Assembly (NCBI GenBank): GCA_039683095.1
Contig: JBDKSB010000001.1
Span: 324,567-388,566, forward strand
Direction: 5' to 3'
From: Acidobacteriota bacterium
GTDB taxonomy: Bacteria > Acidobacteriota > Aminicenantia > Aminicenantales > Saccharicenantaceae
DNA length: 64,000 nucleotides
Numbering within the stretch: position 1 is the stretch's first letter; the number at the start of each line of letters is the position of its first letter. The translations under genes were made by a program, and so were the position numbers. The notes below the pieces were generated by a model. The model made no database searches and was not told the origin of the DNA. It was given only the letters and a program-made list of their open reading frames with translations. This document shows, in pieces, positions 10,862 through 19,554 of the stretch.

Positions 10862-12460
10862 GTGCGATCCAAATTGACATGGCTGATATGCGCGCTGTTG
10901 TTCGTCCCGGCTGCTCAAGCCCAGGACTTGCAGCTTCAGGTGGAATTGATGAACGGCGTAGGCACGGGCTCCAGCCATAAAGGCGACCTGGTGTCAGGCC
11001 GGGTCGTCGCCCCGGCGGCCCTCCAGGGTGATATCCTGGAAGGCAAGGTTGCGAACGTCGAACAGGGCGGCGGCAAGTCGGTCCTGAAGTTCGGCTTCGA
11101 GACACTGCGCCATGCCGGCCAGGCGGTCCCGATCTCCACGGAGATCCAATCCATCGCCAATTCCAAGGGCCAGGTCGACGTCGACGAGAACGGCAACGCC
11201 ATCCGCAAGAGCCATAATCAGGCCAAGCCGTCCGGGATCGCCCGGGCCGGGGGGGCCATCGGCGGCCTCCTCGGCGGCCGGAAGGGAGCCACTGTCGGCG
11301 CGGCCTCACGCGCGGCCGAAGCGATCAAGTCGATCGACCTGGCTTCGGACGCCCCGAGCCTCAGCCTGGCTCCCGGCAGCAAGATCACGCTCCTGGCCAA
11401 GTCTCGCGGCGGAGCGGACCTGGCCGGCCTGGCCCCCAACGCGGCCCCGGCCGGCGGCACGGTCGCCGCGGCGGCCCAGACCGCGGCCCCGGACGGCGGC
11501 CAGCCCAACCTGACTGCGGTGAAGGTCGACTTCGTCCCCGGCGACAAGGTCATCCTTTACGACGACTTCTCCGACATGGGCGCGGACGAGCCGCCGCCGC
11601 ATTGGAGGGTCCGGGGCGGGACGGCCGAGCTTCGCGTCGGAAACGGCGTCCGGCAGCTGACCATGACGGCCCGGAACATGACCTTGGCGCCCAACGTGAC
11701 CGAGCTGCCGGCCAACTTCACCATGGAAGCCGACGTCGCCTACAGGGGGCACGGCGGCAGAACCTGGTGGAGGTTCCATGACAAGGCCGGTGCGGGCGTC
11801 CTGGAGATCATAGCGAGCGTGAACTATTCTAACCTGACCCTGGTCATCCGGAAAGGCAGCGAGGAGCTGGCCAACCAGCAGATCCCGATGGATTGGGTCA
11901 AGCCGGTCAAGCAGGCCCTGTGGCTGCAGAACGGCCGCATGCGCTATTACGTCAACGGGCAGCGGGTCATGGACGTCAACCAGGTCGAGCTGCCGGCGCT
12001 GGGCAAGATCGAGTGTTACGTCGAGGGCCCCGGCGGCAACGATCCGGAGGGCTACGTCGGCTTCCAGTTCTTCCGCGTCGCGGAATCGTCGCCCGACTTC
12101 AGCAAGATCATCATGTCGTCCGGGCGCTACGTCACCCGCGGCATCCTGTTCGACACCGACAGCGACAAGATCAAGCCGGAGTCGGCCCCGGTCCTCAAGA
12201 TGATCGCCAAGGGGCTGGAGGCCAACCCGGCCCTGAAGCTCCTGATAGAGGGCCACACCGATTCGGTGGGCAGCGCCGATCACAACCTGGATCTCTCGAA
12301 GCGGCGGGCCGAGGCCGTCAGGACCGTTCTCGCGTCCCAGTTCAATATCGACGCCTCGCGGCTGGCCACGGCCGGGCTGGGGGCCTCCAAGCCGGTCGAT
12401 TCCAACGACACGCCGCAGGGCCGGGCTCAGAACCGGCGCGTGGAATTAGTCAAGCAGTAG
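10862..12460 (+). CDS. OmpA-family outer-membrane protein (large N-terminal domain plus C-terminal OmpA peptidoglycan-binding domain)
   Basis: GTG start after the RBS aggagg. Signal peptide MRSKLTWLICALLFVPAAQAQ. C-terminus LIEGHTDSVGSADHNLDLSKRRAEAV...NRRVEL. A TTGACA-N18-TATAGT promoter sits at ~10785-10815. Confidence 0.8.
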   Translation: MRSKLTWLICALLFVPAAQAQDLQLQVELMNGVGTGSSHKGDLVSGRVVAPAALQGDILEGKVANVEQGGGKSVLKFGFETLRHAGQAVPISTEIQSIANSKGQVDVDENGNAIRKSHNQAKPSGIARAGGAIGGLLGGRKGATVGAASRAAEAIKSIDLASDAPSLSLAPGSKITLLAKSRGGADLAGLAPNAAPAGGTVAAAAQTAAPDGGQPNLTAVKVDFVPGDKVILYDDFSDMGADEPPPHWRVRGGTAELRVGNGVRQLTMTARNMTLAPNVTELPANFTMEADVAYRGHGGRTWWRFHDKAGAGVLEIIASVNYSNLTLVIRKGSEELANQQIPMDWVKPVKQALWLQNGRMRYYVNGQRVMDVNQVELPALGKIECYVEGPGGNDPEGYVGFQFFRVAESSPDFSKIIMSSGRYVTRGILFDTDSDKIKPESAPVLKMIAKGLEANPALKLLIEGHTDSVGSADHNLDLSKRRAEAVRTVLASQFNIDASRLATAGLGASKPVDSNDTPQGRAQNRRVELVKQ

Positions 12461-12570
12461 CTCCCAGGGAGTGGACGGACATCGCGTTCGGCACTCACGG
12501 CGGTAAGGTCCAGGTCACGCTGTCTCCGGAGAAGGCCCCGGTCAAGATGCTGAAGTAGACATGGCCGCCG

Positions 12571-13890
12571 TCAGAGCTGGCCGCGTTCCTGGATGATGTC
12601 CTGGACGGTGATGACGCCCGAGAGGATGTCCTCGTCGTCGACGACCGGCAGCATCAGGAACTTGTATTTGCCGAAGAGGTCGGCGATTTCCTCGACCCGT
12701 TCGTTCGTCTCGACCTTGACGAGGTGGGGGTTCATGACCGTCCGGACGGGCGTCTCCTTCTCCAGCATCAGGAGCTGGCGGAGCGTGATGACCCCGAGGA
12801 GGCGGCCCGGCTCGTCCGTGACGTAGATGTAGGCCACTGACTCCAGCGGGTGCGTCGTCTGCTCGAAAGCCCGGACGGCGTCGCCGATCGTCTGGTCGTC
12901 GCGGACGGCGATGAAGTCCGTGGTCATGATGCTGCCCGCCGTCCCTTCCTTGTACGCCAGGAGCTCCTGGATGACCTCCCGGCTGGGCCTTTCCATCGTC
13001 TGGATGAGCTTGTGCTTCCGCTCCTCGGGCAGCTCGGCCAGGAGGTCCGTGGCCTCGTCGGGTTCCATCTCCTCGAGCAGGTCGGAGGCCTTCTCGACCG
13101 GGGCCGCCTCGATGAGGGAGCGCTGGAGCCAGGGCTCGGCCTCCTGGAGCGTGTCGGCCGCCGTCTCGAGGTCGAGGGTCCGGAAGACCCTCTTCCGGTT
13201 ATCCCGGTCGAGGTCCTCGAGGATGTCGGCCAGGTCCGAGGGGTGGAGGTCGCGGAGGGCGCGGACGCCGACGTTGAGCTTCAGGTCGGCCCGGTGGACG
13301 TCCGAGCCGAGAGGCTGGATGTACTTCCAGGAGACGAGGACCTCGGCGAACTCGTATTCGAAGAACCAGCGGGTCAGGGCCTCGACCGGCCGCAGGAGCC
13401 CCAGGCGCCGGAGGATGCCGCGCTTGCCGATGTCGACATGGACGAGCCGGAGGTCGTGGTCGAGGACGAGAAGATGGATATCGTTGACCCGCTCGATCTT
13501 CGCCCCGAAGGTGTCGACGACCTGCTTGTCCAGGAGCTCCTCCTTGAGGAGCATCTCCTCGCCCTTGACCTCGGGCCGGCAGAACTTCTCCTCGGCCCTG
13601 GGTTTCAGGATGATCCGGCCTCCCGCGAAGCTCGCGACCTCGGACCAGTCGAGAGTCTCGATCTTCTTCCAGCCCGATCTAACGTCGAGGGCGACGATCT
13701 TGGGGAAGCTCTCTCCCAGCCGGACCTTGAGGTCGGCCAGCCGGCCCAGCCGGCGGCCCGCCGCGTCGGAGACGGGCCGGCCCAGGAGCTCGGAGACATA
13801 GATGAAATGCCGCGCCTCGTCGGCGTCGAACCCGCCCGCCGCGGCGGCCCTGGCCTTTTCTGATTCCGGCAGGGGACCCATGGCACTCAC
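12571..13890 (-). CDS. PRC-barrel / MgtE N-terminal / tandem CBS domain protein (no transmembrane domain)
   Basis: MgtE_N-like middle region and two CBS-like C-terminal repeats. The start (GTG 13890 or ATG 13881) overlaps or abuts the Nramp stop. Confidence 0.7.
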   Translation of the reverse strand: MSAMGPLPESEKARAAAAGGFDADEARHFIYVSELLGRPVSDAAGRRLGRLADLKVRLGESFPKIVALDVRSGWKKIETLDWSEVASFAGGRIILKPRAEEKFCRPEVKGEEMLLKEELLDKQVVDTFGAKIERVNDIHLLVLDHDLRLVHVDIGKRGILRRLGLLRPVEALTRWFFEYEFAEVLVSWKYIQPLGSDVHRADLKLNVGVRALRDLHPSDLADILEDLDRDNRKRVFRTLDLETAADTLQEAEPWLQRSLIEAAPVEKASDLLEEMEPDEATDLLAELPEERKHKLIQTMERPSREVIQELLAYKEGTAGSIMTTDFIAVRDDQTIGDAVRAFEQTTHPLESVAYIYVTDEPGRLLGVITLRQLLMLEKETPVRTVMNPHLVKVETNERVEEIADLFGKYKFLMLPVVDDEDILSGVITVQDIIQERGQL

Positions 13891-15158
13891 TTTCTGACCA
13901 GATGGACGACCTGGGAGACGAGGAGCGTCGCCGTCAGAGCCAGCAGGACGACCGTGCTCGTCCAGCCGACCGCGTTCTGGAAGCCGTTGTTGACGTGCGT
14001 GCCCATGATCTTCCTGTTGTTGACCATCCGGATCATGGAGATGAGGACGACCGGCAGGAGCATGGCGTTCAGGACCTGCGTCCAGATGGTGATGCCGATG
14101 AGCGGCGCCCCGGGGATGAGGATGATGAGCACGGCCAGGCCCATGATGGAGCCGAAGAGGGCGTAGAACTGCGGCGCCTCGCGGATCCGCTTGTTGATGC
14201 CCGCCTCGAAGCCGAAGGCCTCGCAGACGTAGAAAGCCGTGGCCAGGGGCAGGATGGCCGCCGAAAAGACCGAGGCGATGAACAGCCCGAAGGCGAAGAG
14301 CTCGGCGGCGAGATGCCCGGCGAAGGGCTTGAGGGACATGGCCGCGTCCTTGGCCTCGTTGATGACCACGCCGTTGACGTGGAGGGTCGCGGCGCAGGCG
14401 ACCATGATGAAGAAGGCCACGGCGACCGTGGCCACGCAGCCGACGACCACGTCCCAGACGGCGTACCGGTAGTTCTCGACCTTGATGCCCTTCTCGATGA
14501 CGGCCGATTGCATGTAGAACTGCATCCAGGGGGCGATGGTCGTGCCGACGATGCCGAGGACCATGCTCAGGTAGGGGACGTCGAAGCGCATCTCGGGCTT
14601 GATGATCGAGGTGCCGATCCTGGCCCAGTCGGGCTTGGCCAGGATGGCCGAAACGACGTAGGACAGGAGGCAGAAGCTGAAGAACAGGAAGATCCGCTCG
14701 GCCGTGCGGTAGTTCCCCTTGGAGACCAGGAGCCAGACGCCGACCGCCACCAGGGGGACCGAGACGTACTTGCTGACGCCGAAGATCATCATGCTCCCCG
14801 CGACGCCGGCGAACTCGGTGGCCGTGTTGCCGATGTCGGCGATGACCAGCCCGATGAAGATGACGAAGGTGACCTTCAGGCCGAAGTTCTCCCGCATCAG
14901 GTCGGCCAGCCCCTTGCCGGTGACCGTGCCCATGCGGGCGTTCATCTCCTGGACGACGAGCAGGAGGATGAACGACGGGATGAGGGTCCAGAGAAGCTGG
15001 TAACCGTAGGACGCGCCGGCCACGGAGTAGGTCGTGATGCCGCCGGCGTCGTTGTCGACGCTGCCGGTGATGATGCCCGGGCCGACGACGGCCAGGAAGA
15101 GGAGGGCGTTCCTCAGGAAGCGGTTACGCTTGAGCTTTTCCTTGAGCGACATGGGCAT
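13887..15158 (-). CDS. mntH: Nramp-family divalent metal (Mn2+/Fe2+) transporter
   Basis: MPMSLKEKLKRNRF...GPGIITGSVDNDAGGITTYS and the conserved Nramp TM motifs. A TTGACA-N17-TATAAG promoter lies ~45 nt upstream. Confidence 0.85.
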   Translation of the reverse strand: MPMSLKEKLKRNRFLRNALLFLAVVGPGIITGSVDNDAGGITTYSVAGASYGYQLLWTLIPSFILLLVVQEMNARMGTVTGKGLADLMRENFGLKVTFVIFIGLVIADIGNTATEFAGVAGSMMIFGVSKYVSVPLVAVGVWLLVSKGNYRTAERIFLFFSFCLLSYVVSAILAKPDWARIGTSIIKPEMRFDVPYLSMVLGIVGTTIAPWMQFYMQSAVIEKGIKVENYRYAVWDVVVGCVATVAVAFFIMVACAATLHVNGVVINEAKDAAMSLKPFAGHLAAELFAFGLFIASVFSAAILPLATAFYVCEAFGFEAGINKRIREAPQFYALFGSIMGLAVLIILIPGAPLIGITIWTQVLNAMLLPVVLISMIRMVNNRKIMGTHVNNGFQNAVGWTSTVVLLALTATLLVSQVVHLVRK

Positions 15159-15315
15159 TGTCTCCGGCGCGGCCCTCCCCGGCGGGCCCGGAAAGTCCAA
15201 TCGCTTATAGCACAGGAAACGGGGGGTGTCAAAAAGGGCGGAAATAAGGTTTGCCGGGCCGGGAGGATTGTCGTAATATCCCGGTATCTCGCACGGAGGA
15301 GGGACCGAAGCGCTC

Positions 15316-15978
15316 ATGAAAAAACCAGGGACGGCGTTCCTAGCCGCTTTTTCCGGATGGATCCTCCTGGCCGCAGCCGCCGCGGCGGGGGCGCCGGCTC
15401 AGGCGCCGGCGCCCGGTCCGGCGCTCGACCGGCCCGTCCTTCTGGTCATCGATATCCAGAACTTCTATTTCGCGGGGGGGCGGATCCCGCTCGCCGGGAG
15501 CGTTGAGGCCAGCCTCAAGGCCAAGTCAGCGCTCGAGGCGTTCAGGGCCAGGAAGCTTCCCGTGATCCATGTCCAGCACATGCCCCAGGGGATCGAGAGG
15601 TTCGAGCCGGGGGTCACGGACCCCCAGTATGCCATCCATCCCAATGTCGCCCCGATCGCGGGAGAGCGCGTCGTGGTCAAGCATTTCGCCAATTCCTTCC
15701 GGGATACGGGACTCCTGGCGCTTTTGAAGGGATTGAACGTCAAGACCCTGGTCATCGCCGGGATGCAGACCCATATGTGCGTGGAGGCCGCGGTCCGGGC
15801 CGGCGCGGATCTGGGCTATGACGTCGTCGTCGTCGAGGACGCCTGCGCCACCCGGGACCTGAAGCTCCGCGACACGGCCGTCCCGGCCGCATCGGTCCAG
15901 GCGGCCGTCCTCGCGGCCCTGAACGGGAGCTACGCCAGGATCGCGACCGTCGCCGACGTCCTCGCCGCTCTCCGATAG
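15316..15978 (+). CDS. Isochorismatase-family cysteine hydrolase with an N-terminal signal peptide
   Basis: LLVIDIQNFYF (conserved D) and LVIAGMQTHMCVE (catalytic C). N-terminus FLAAFSGWILLAAAAAAGAPAQA. Confidence 0.75.
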   Translation: MKKPGTAFLAAFSGWILLAAAAAAGAPAQAPAPGPALDRPVLLVIDIQNFYFAGGRIPLAGSVEASLKAKSALEAFRARKLPVIHVQHMPQGIERFEPGVTDPQYAIHPNVAPIAGERVVVKHFANSFRDTGLLALLKGLNVKTLVIAGMQTHMCVEAAVRAGADLGYDVVVVEDACATRDLKLRDTAVPAASVQAAVLAALNGSYARIATVADVLAALR

Positions 15979-16030
15979 GCCGGCCCCGGCCGCCGCCCTC
16001 GATCACCCTGACGGCGCCCCGGGTCTCCCG

Positions 16031-16633
16031 TCACAGGCCCTTGTTCGAGCCGGGCTCGGGGCTCCCGCTGTAGCCCTTCAGGTAGAGCGAATAGAGCGTG
16101 CCGCTGGGGCAGAGCGGGATGCACTCCCGGCAGACCGGGCAGAGGGAGTGGGAGAGGTCCGATTGGAAGACGACCTCCTTGCCGATGCCCCGGCCGATGA
16201 AGCAGGTGACGTTGTTCTTCTTGATCTCGGCGCAATAGCGGACGCACAGCCCGCAGAGGAGGCACTTGGGCTGGTCTCCCTGGAAGCGCGATTCCTTGAG
16301 GCCGTACCTCTTGGCCAGGGCCTCCAGCGGGCCCGTCGCGGAAACGGCCAGGAGCAGCTCGAGGATCATCTTGCGGATCTTGACGATCCTGGGGGTCTCG
16401 GTCCTGACGACCAGGCCGTCCTCGGCCTCGTAGGCGCAGGAGGCCACCAGCCGCTTCTCTCCGCCCTTGTCGATCTCCACCATGCACAGGCGGCAGGCGC
16501 CGTAGGGAGGGAGCCTCTTGTCGTAGCACACGGTCGGGATGTCGCTCCCCGCCTTCCGGGCCGCCTCGAGGATGGTCGTCCCCCCGGCCGTCTCGACCTG
16601 CTGGCCGTCGATCTCGAGCTTGATGGTTTTCAT
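16031..16633 (-). CDS. HoxU-like 2Fe-2S / 4Fe-4S iron-sulfur protein (NuoG N-terminal domain only)
   Basis: 2Fe-2S motif CYDKRLPPYGACRLC...C plus two 4Fe-4S motifs (CLLCGLCVRYC, CPVCRECIPLCP). About 200 aa. Confidence 0.75.
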   Translation of the reverse strand: MKTIKLEIDGQQVETAGGTTILEAARKAGSDIPTVCYDKRLPPYGACRLCMVEIDKGGEKRLVASCAYEAEDGLVVRTETPRIVKIRKMILELLLAVSATGPLEALAKRYGLKESRFQGDQPKCLLCGLCVRYCAEIKKNNVTCFIGRGIGKEVVFQSDLSHSLCPVCRECIPLCPSGTLYSLYLKGYSGSPEPGSNKGL

Positions 16634-16640
16634 GTCGGGC

Positions 16641-18554
16641 TCACTTTCTCTTCTGGACTCTGGTCCCGGCGGGGACGGGCGCGGGCGCCGGCTTGCCGGA
16701 GATCTTGGTCACGGCGCCGAAGCGCGAGGGGCAGGCCTCGAGGCAGGCGCCGCACTTCGTGCACTTGGACTGGTCGATGACGTGGACCAGCCCCTTGTCC
16801 CCGCTGATGGCCCCGGCCGGGCAGCTCTTGGCGCAGAGCAGGCAGGCCTGGCATTTTTCGGGGACGATGTAGTAGCGGATGAGGTCCTTGCAGACGCCGG
16901 CCGGGCAGCGCTTCTCCCTGATGTGGGCCTCGTACTCGTTCCGGAAATACTTGATGGTCGACAGCGGCGGGTTGGCGGCCGTCGTGCCCAGGGCGCAGAG
17001 GGAGGCTTCGGCCATGACCTCGGCGATCTCCCGCAGCAGCTCGATGTCGCCTTCCCGGCCCTTGCCGGCGCAGATGTTGTTGTAGATGAGGAGCATCTGC
17101 TTCAGGCCCTCGCGGCAGGGCACGCACTTGCCGCAGGATTCCTCGGACAGGAAGTTGATGAAGTACCGGGCCGTGTCGACCATGCAGGTGTCCTCGTCCA
17201 TGACGATCATGCCGCCGGAGCCCATCATGGAGCCGGCCCTCTCCAGCTCCTCGAAGTCCACGGGCAGGTCGAGGCTCGCGGCCGGCAGGCAGCCGCCGGA
17301 CGGGCCGCCGGTCTGGACGGCCTTGAACTTCTTGCCGCCGGGGACGCCGCCGCCGATGTCGAAGATGACCTGCCTCAGGGTCGCGCCCATGGGCACCTCG
17401 ACCAGCCCGGTGTTGTTGACCTTGCCGACCAGGGAGAAGATCTTGGTGCCCTTGCTGCCCCTGGTCCCGATGCCGCTGAACCAGGCCGCGCTCTTGTTGA
17501 TGATGGCCGGCACGTTGGCCCAGGTCTCGACGTTGTTCATGTTGGTCGGCTTGCCCCAGAGGCCGCTGATGGCCGGCCGGATGTAGTTGATCTGGGGCTC
17601 GCCGACGCGGCCCTCCAGGGCCGTGATCAGGGCGCTGGACTCGCCGGAGACGAAGGCCCCGGCGCCCCTGTGGATGGCGACGTCGAAGCCGAACTCCGAG
17701 CCAAGGATGTTCGCGCCGAGGAGGCCCATCTCGCGGGCCTGTTCCAGGGCCACGGTGAGGTTGGCCACGGCCAGAGGGTATTCCTGGCGGACGTAGATGA
17801 ATCCCTGGCGGGCGCCGATGGCATAGGCGCCGATGATCAGGCCCTCGATGACGCTGTGGGGATTGCCTTCGAGGACGCTCCGGTTCATGTAGGCCCCGGG
17901 GTCTCCCTCGTCGGCGTTGACGATGACGTATTTCGGCTCGCCGGGGGCGTTGCGGGTCGTCTCCCACTTCACCCCGGTCGGGAACCCGGCGCCGCCGCGT
18001 CCCCTCAGGCCGGACTTCTTGACCTCGTCCAGGACCTCCTCCGGGGTCATGACGAAAAGGGCCCTGGCCAGGGCGGAATAGCCGCCCAGAGCGATGTAGT
18101 CCTCGATCCGGGTCGGGTCGACCAGGCGGTTGGCCCCCAGGATGATCCGGCTCTGGTGCTTGTAGAAGGGGATGTCGCCCTCGTGGACGATCTTCTTGCC
18201 GTCCTCCCCGGTATAGAGCAGCCGGTCGACGATCTTGCCCTCGACCAGGGTCTTGGCGACCACTTCCGGCACGTCGGCCGGGGTCACCTTCAGGTAGCAG
18301 ATCTCCCGGGGGAAGATGACGACCAGGGGGCCGCGCTCGCAGAAGCCGTGGCAGCCCGTGCGCCGGATGTCGACCTTGGCCTCGAGGCCCTGCTTGCGGA
18401 TCTCGCCGGCGAAAGCCTGATAGACCTTTTCGCCGCCGCAGGCCTGACAGCCCGTGCCCAGGCAGATGGACAGGCACGGCTTGTTCGGGTCACGCCTGGA
18501 CAGGACGTCCTGCCGGAATCTCTTCAGTTCGGCCGCTGAACTCAGTTTCGACAT
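16641..18554 (-). CDS. NuoF/HoxF/HydB-like NAD(H)-binding flavoprotein subunit (N-terminal thioredoxin-like 2Fe-2S domain, FMN/NADH core, C-terminal 2x[4Fe-4S])
   Basis: GRGGAGFPTG (FMN site), ESCGKCVPCREG (N3 cluster), and a C-terminal CQACLLCAKSCP...CTKCGACLEACP. Confidence 0.85.
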   Translation of the reverse strand: MSKLSSAAELKRFRQDVLSRRDPNKPCLSICLGTGCQACGGEKVYQAFAGEIRKQGLEAKVDIRRTGCHGFCERGPLVVIFPREICYLKVTPADVPEVVAKTLVEGKIVDRLLYTGEDGKKIVHEGDIPFYKHQSRIILGANRLVDPTRIEDYIALGGYSALARALFVMTPEEVLDEVKKSGLRGRGGAGFPTGVKWETTRNAPGEPKYVIVNADEGDPGAYMNRSVLEGNPHSVIEGLIIGAYAIGARQGFIYVRQEYPLAVANLTVALEQAREMGLLGANILGSEFGFDVAIHRGAGAFVSGESSALITALEGRVGEPQINYIRPAISGLWGKPTNMNNVETWANVPAIINKSAAWFSGIGTRGSKGTKIFSLVGKVNNTGLVEVPMGATLRQVIFDIGGGVPGGKKFKAVQTGGPSGGCLPAASLDLPVDFEELERAGSMMGSGGMIVMDEDTCMVDTARYFINFLSEESCGKCVPCREGLKQMLLIYNNICAGKGREGDIELLREIAEVMAEASLCALGTTAANPPLSTIKYFRNEYEAHIREKRCPAGVCKDLIRYYIVPEKCQACLLCAKSCPAGAISGDKGLVHVIDQSKCTKCGACLEACPSRFGAVTKISGKPAPAPVPAGTRVQKRK

Positions 18555-18582
18555 GATTGCCTCTTTTCTCTCGCCCCTCGCC

Positions 18583-19305
18583 TCAGTCGCAGGACGCGGC
18601 GATCTTCTCGATGTCCTTGATCCCGGGCTTGCTGTAGTACTGCCCGTCGACCAGCATGACCGGTCCCAGGGCGCAGCAGCCCAGGCAGTTGACAGTGGTC
18701 AGCGTGAATTTTTGATCGGCGTCGGTATGGCCGGGCTCGATGCCCAGGACGGAAGAGACGTTGTCCAGGAGGCGCTTGGCGCCGCGCACCTGGCAGGCCG
18801 TGCCCAGGCAGACCTGGAAGATGTGGCGTCCCAGGGGCACCAGGCTGAAGGCCTTGTAGAACGTGGCGATCTGGTAGATCTGCGAAAGCGGCACACCCAG
18901 CCTTTCGGCGACCCAGATCAGGGCCGGCTTCGGGAGCCAGCCGTTCTGGGCCTGGATGTCGAGGAGGACCTGGATCAGGGCGTTCTTCCGGCCCTGATAC
19001 TTGTCCAGGATCCGGTCGACGTCGGCGAGCTCCTGGACCATCTGGCGGACGGCCAGCCTCTTGTCCTGGACCTGCTTCAAGGCCTCGGCCAGGTGCATGG
19101 CCTCGGATTCGAGGCTGCGCAGATCGAGATTCAAGGGCCCCCGGTCGAGGCCCAGGGAGTAGTACTCGCTCAGCAGCTCCAGGCCCCTGAGCAGGACGTC
19201 GCTCTTGCTCGCCTTCGAGTCTTTCTGGAGGCGGCTCAGGGCCTGGTTCTGCTCCTCGCTCAATCGCATGCCGACGAACTTGGATTTATTCTTTTCGCGT
19301 GGCAT
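18583..19305 (-). CDS. NuoE/HoxE-like 2Fe-2S subunit with a ~90-aa N-terminal extension that has a ribbon-helix-helix-like pattern
   Basis: The C-terminal 150 aa are NuoE-like (CLGTACQVRGAK...NCLGCCALGPVM). The N-terminus KFVGMRLSEEQNQALSRL...KSDVLLRGLELLSEYY fits the CopG/Arc RHH beta-alphaA-alphaB pattern. Confidence 0.75.
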   Translation of the reverse strand: MPREKNKSKFVGMRLSEEQNQALSRLQKDSKASKSDVLLRGLELLSEYYSLGLDRGPLNLDLRSLESEAMHLAEALKQVQDKRLAVRQMVQELADVDRILDKYQGRKNALIQVLLDIQAQNGWLPKPALIWVAERLGVPLSQIYQIATFYKAFSLVPLGRHIFQVCLGTACQVRGAKRLLDNVSSVLGIEPGHTDADQKFTLTTVNCLGCCALGPVMLVDGQYYSKPGIKDIEKIAASCD

Positions 19306-19440
19306 CAGGCACTCCTGTGGGCGGTGGTGTTTAACATTACTATCTTAAGCCGGGGCAATGAGATTGTCAACAATATTAGGCATATAACATGGCGTCTCGA
19401 CTCGTTTGTGGGCCGGCGTTTAACAAATAGCCAGAAGGAT
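19306..19440 (-). promoter_or_regulatory. AT-rich promoter/operator region of the nuoE-like operon
   Basis: On the minus strand, TTGACA-N17-TAAGAT sits ~35 nt before the RBS aggagtg. GTTTAACA occurs twice (~19329 and ~19417). The region is locally AT-rich in a GC-rich genome. Confidence 0.45.
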
Positions 19441-19554
19441 TCCCGGGTCTGATAACCGGGGCGGTTCCGGGCCCGGAGGCGTTTTCCCCCGGGCCCTTGA
19501 CGCCGGCCCAAGCCTGACGTAGTGTCGGTTCAGGATCCGAAAAGGGAGGGGACA

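Noticed and set aside
16539-18539. 666-aa and 615-aa ORFs overlapping the nuoF-like gene in other frames (the second is 16630..18477)
   Set aside because: Shadow ORFs of a well-supported, motif-rich gene. Composition is typical of high-GC off-frames.
18583-19305. Possibility that the RHH-like region and NuoE are two separate genes
   Set aside because: There is no stop codon between them in frame, so they are reported as one ORF. An internal start at MVQELADVDR is left open.
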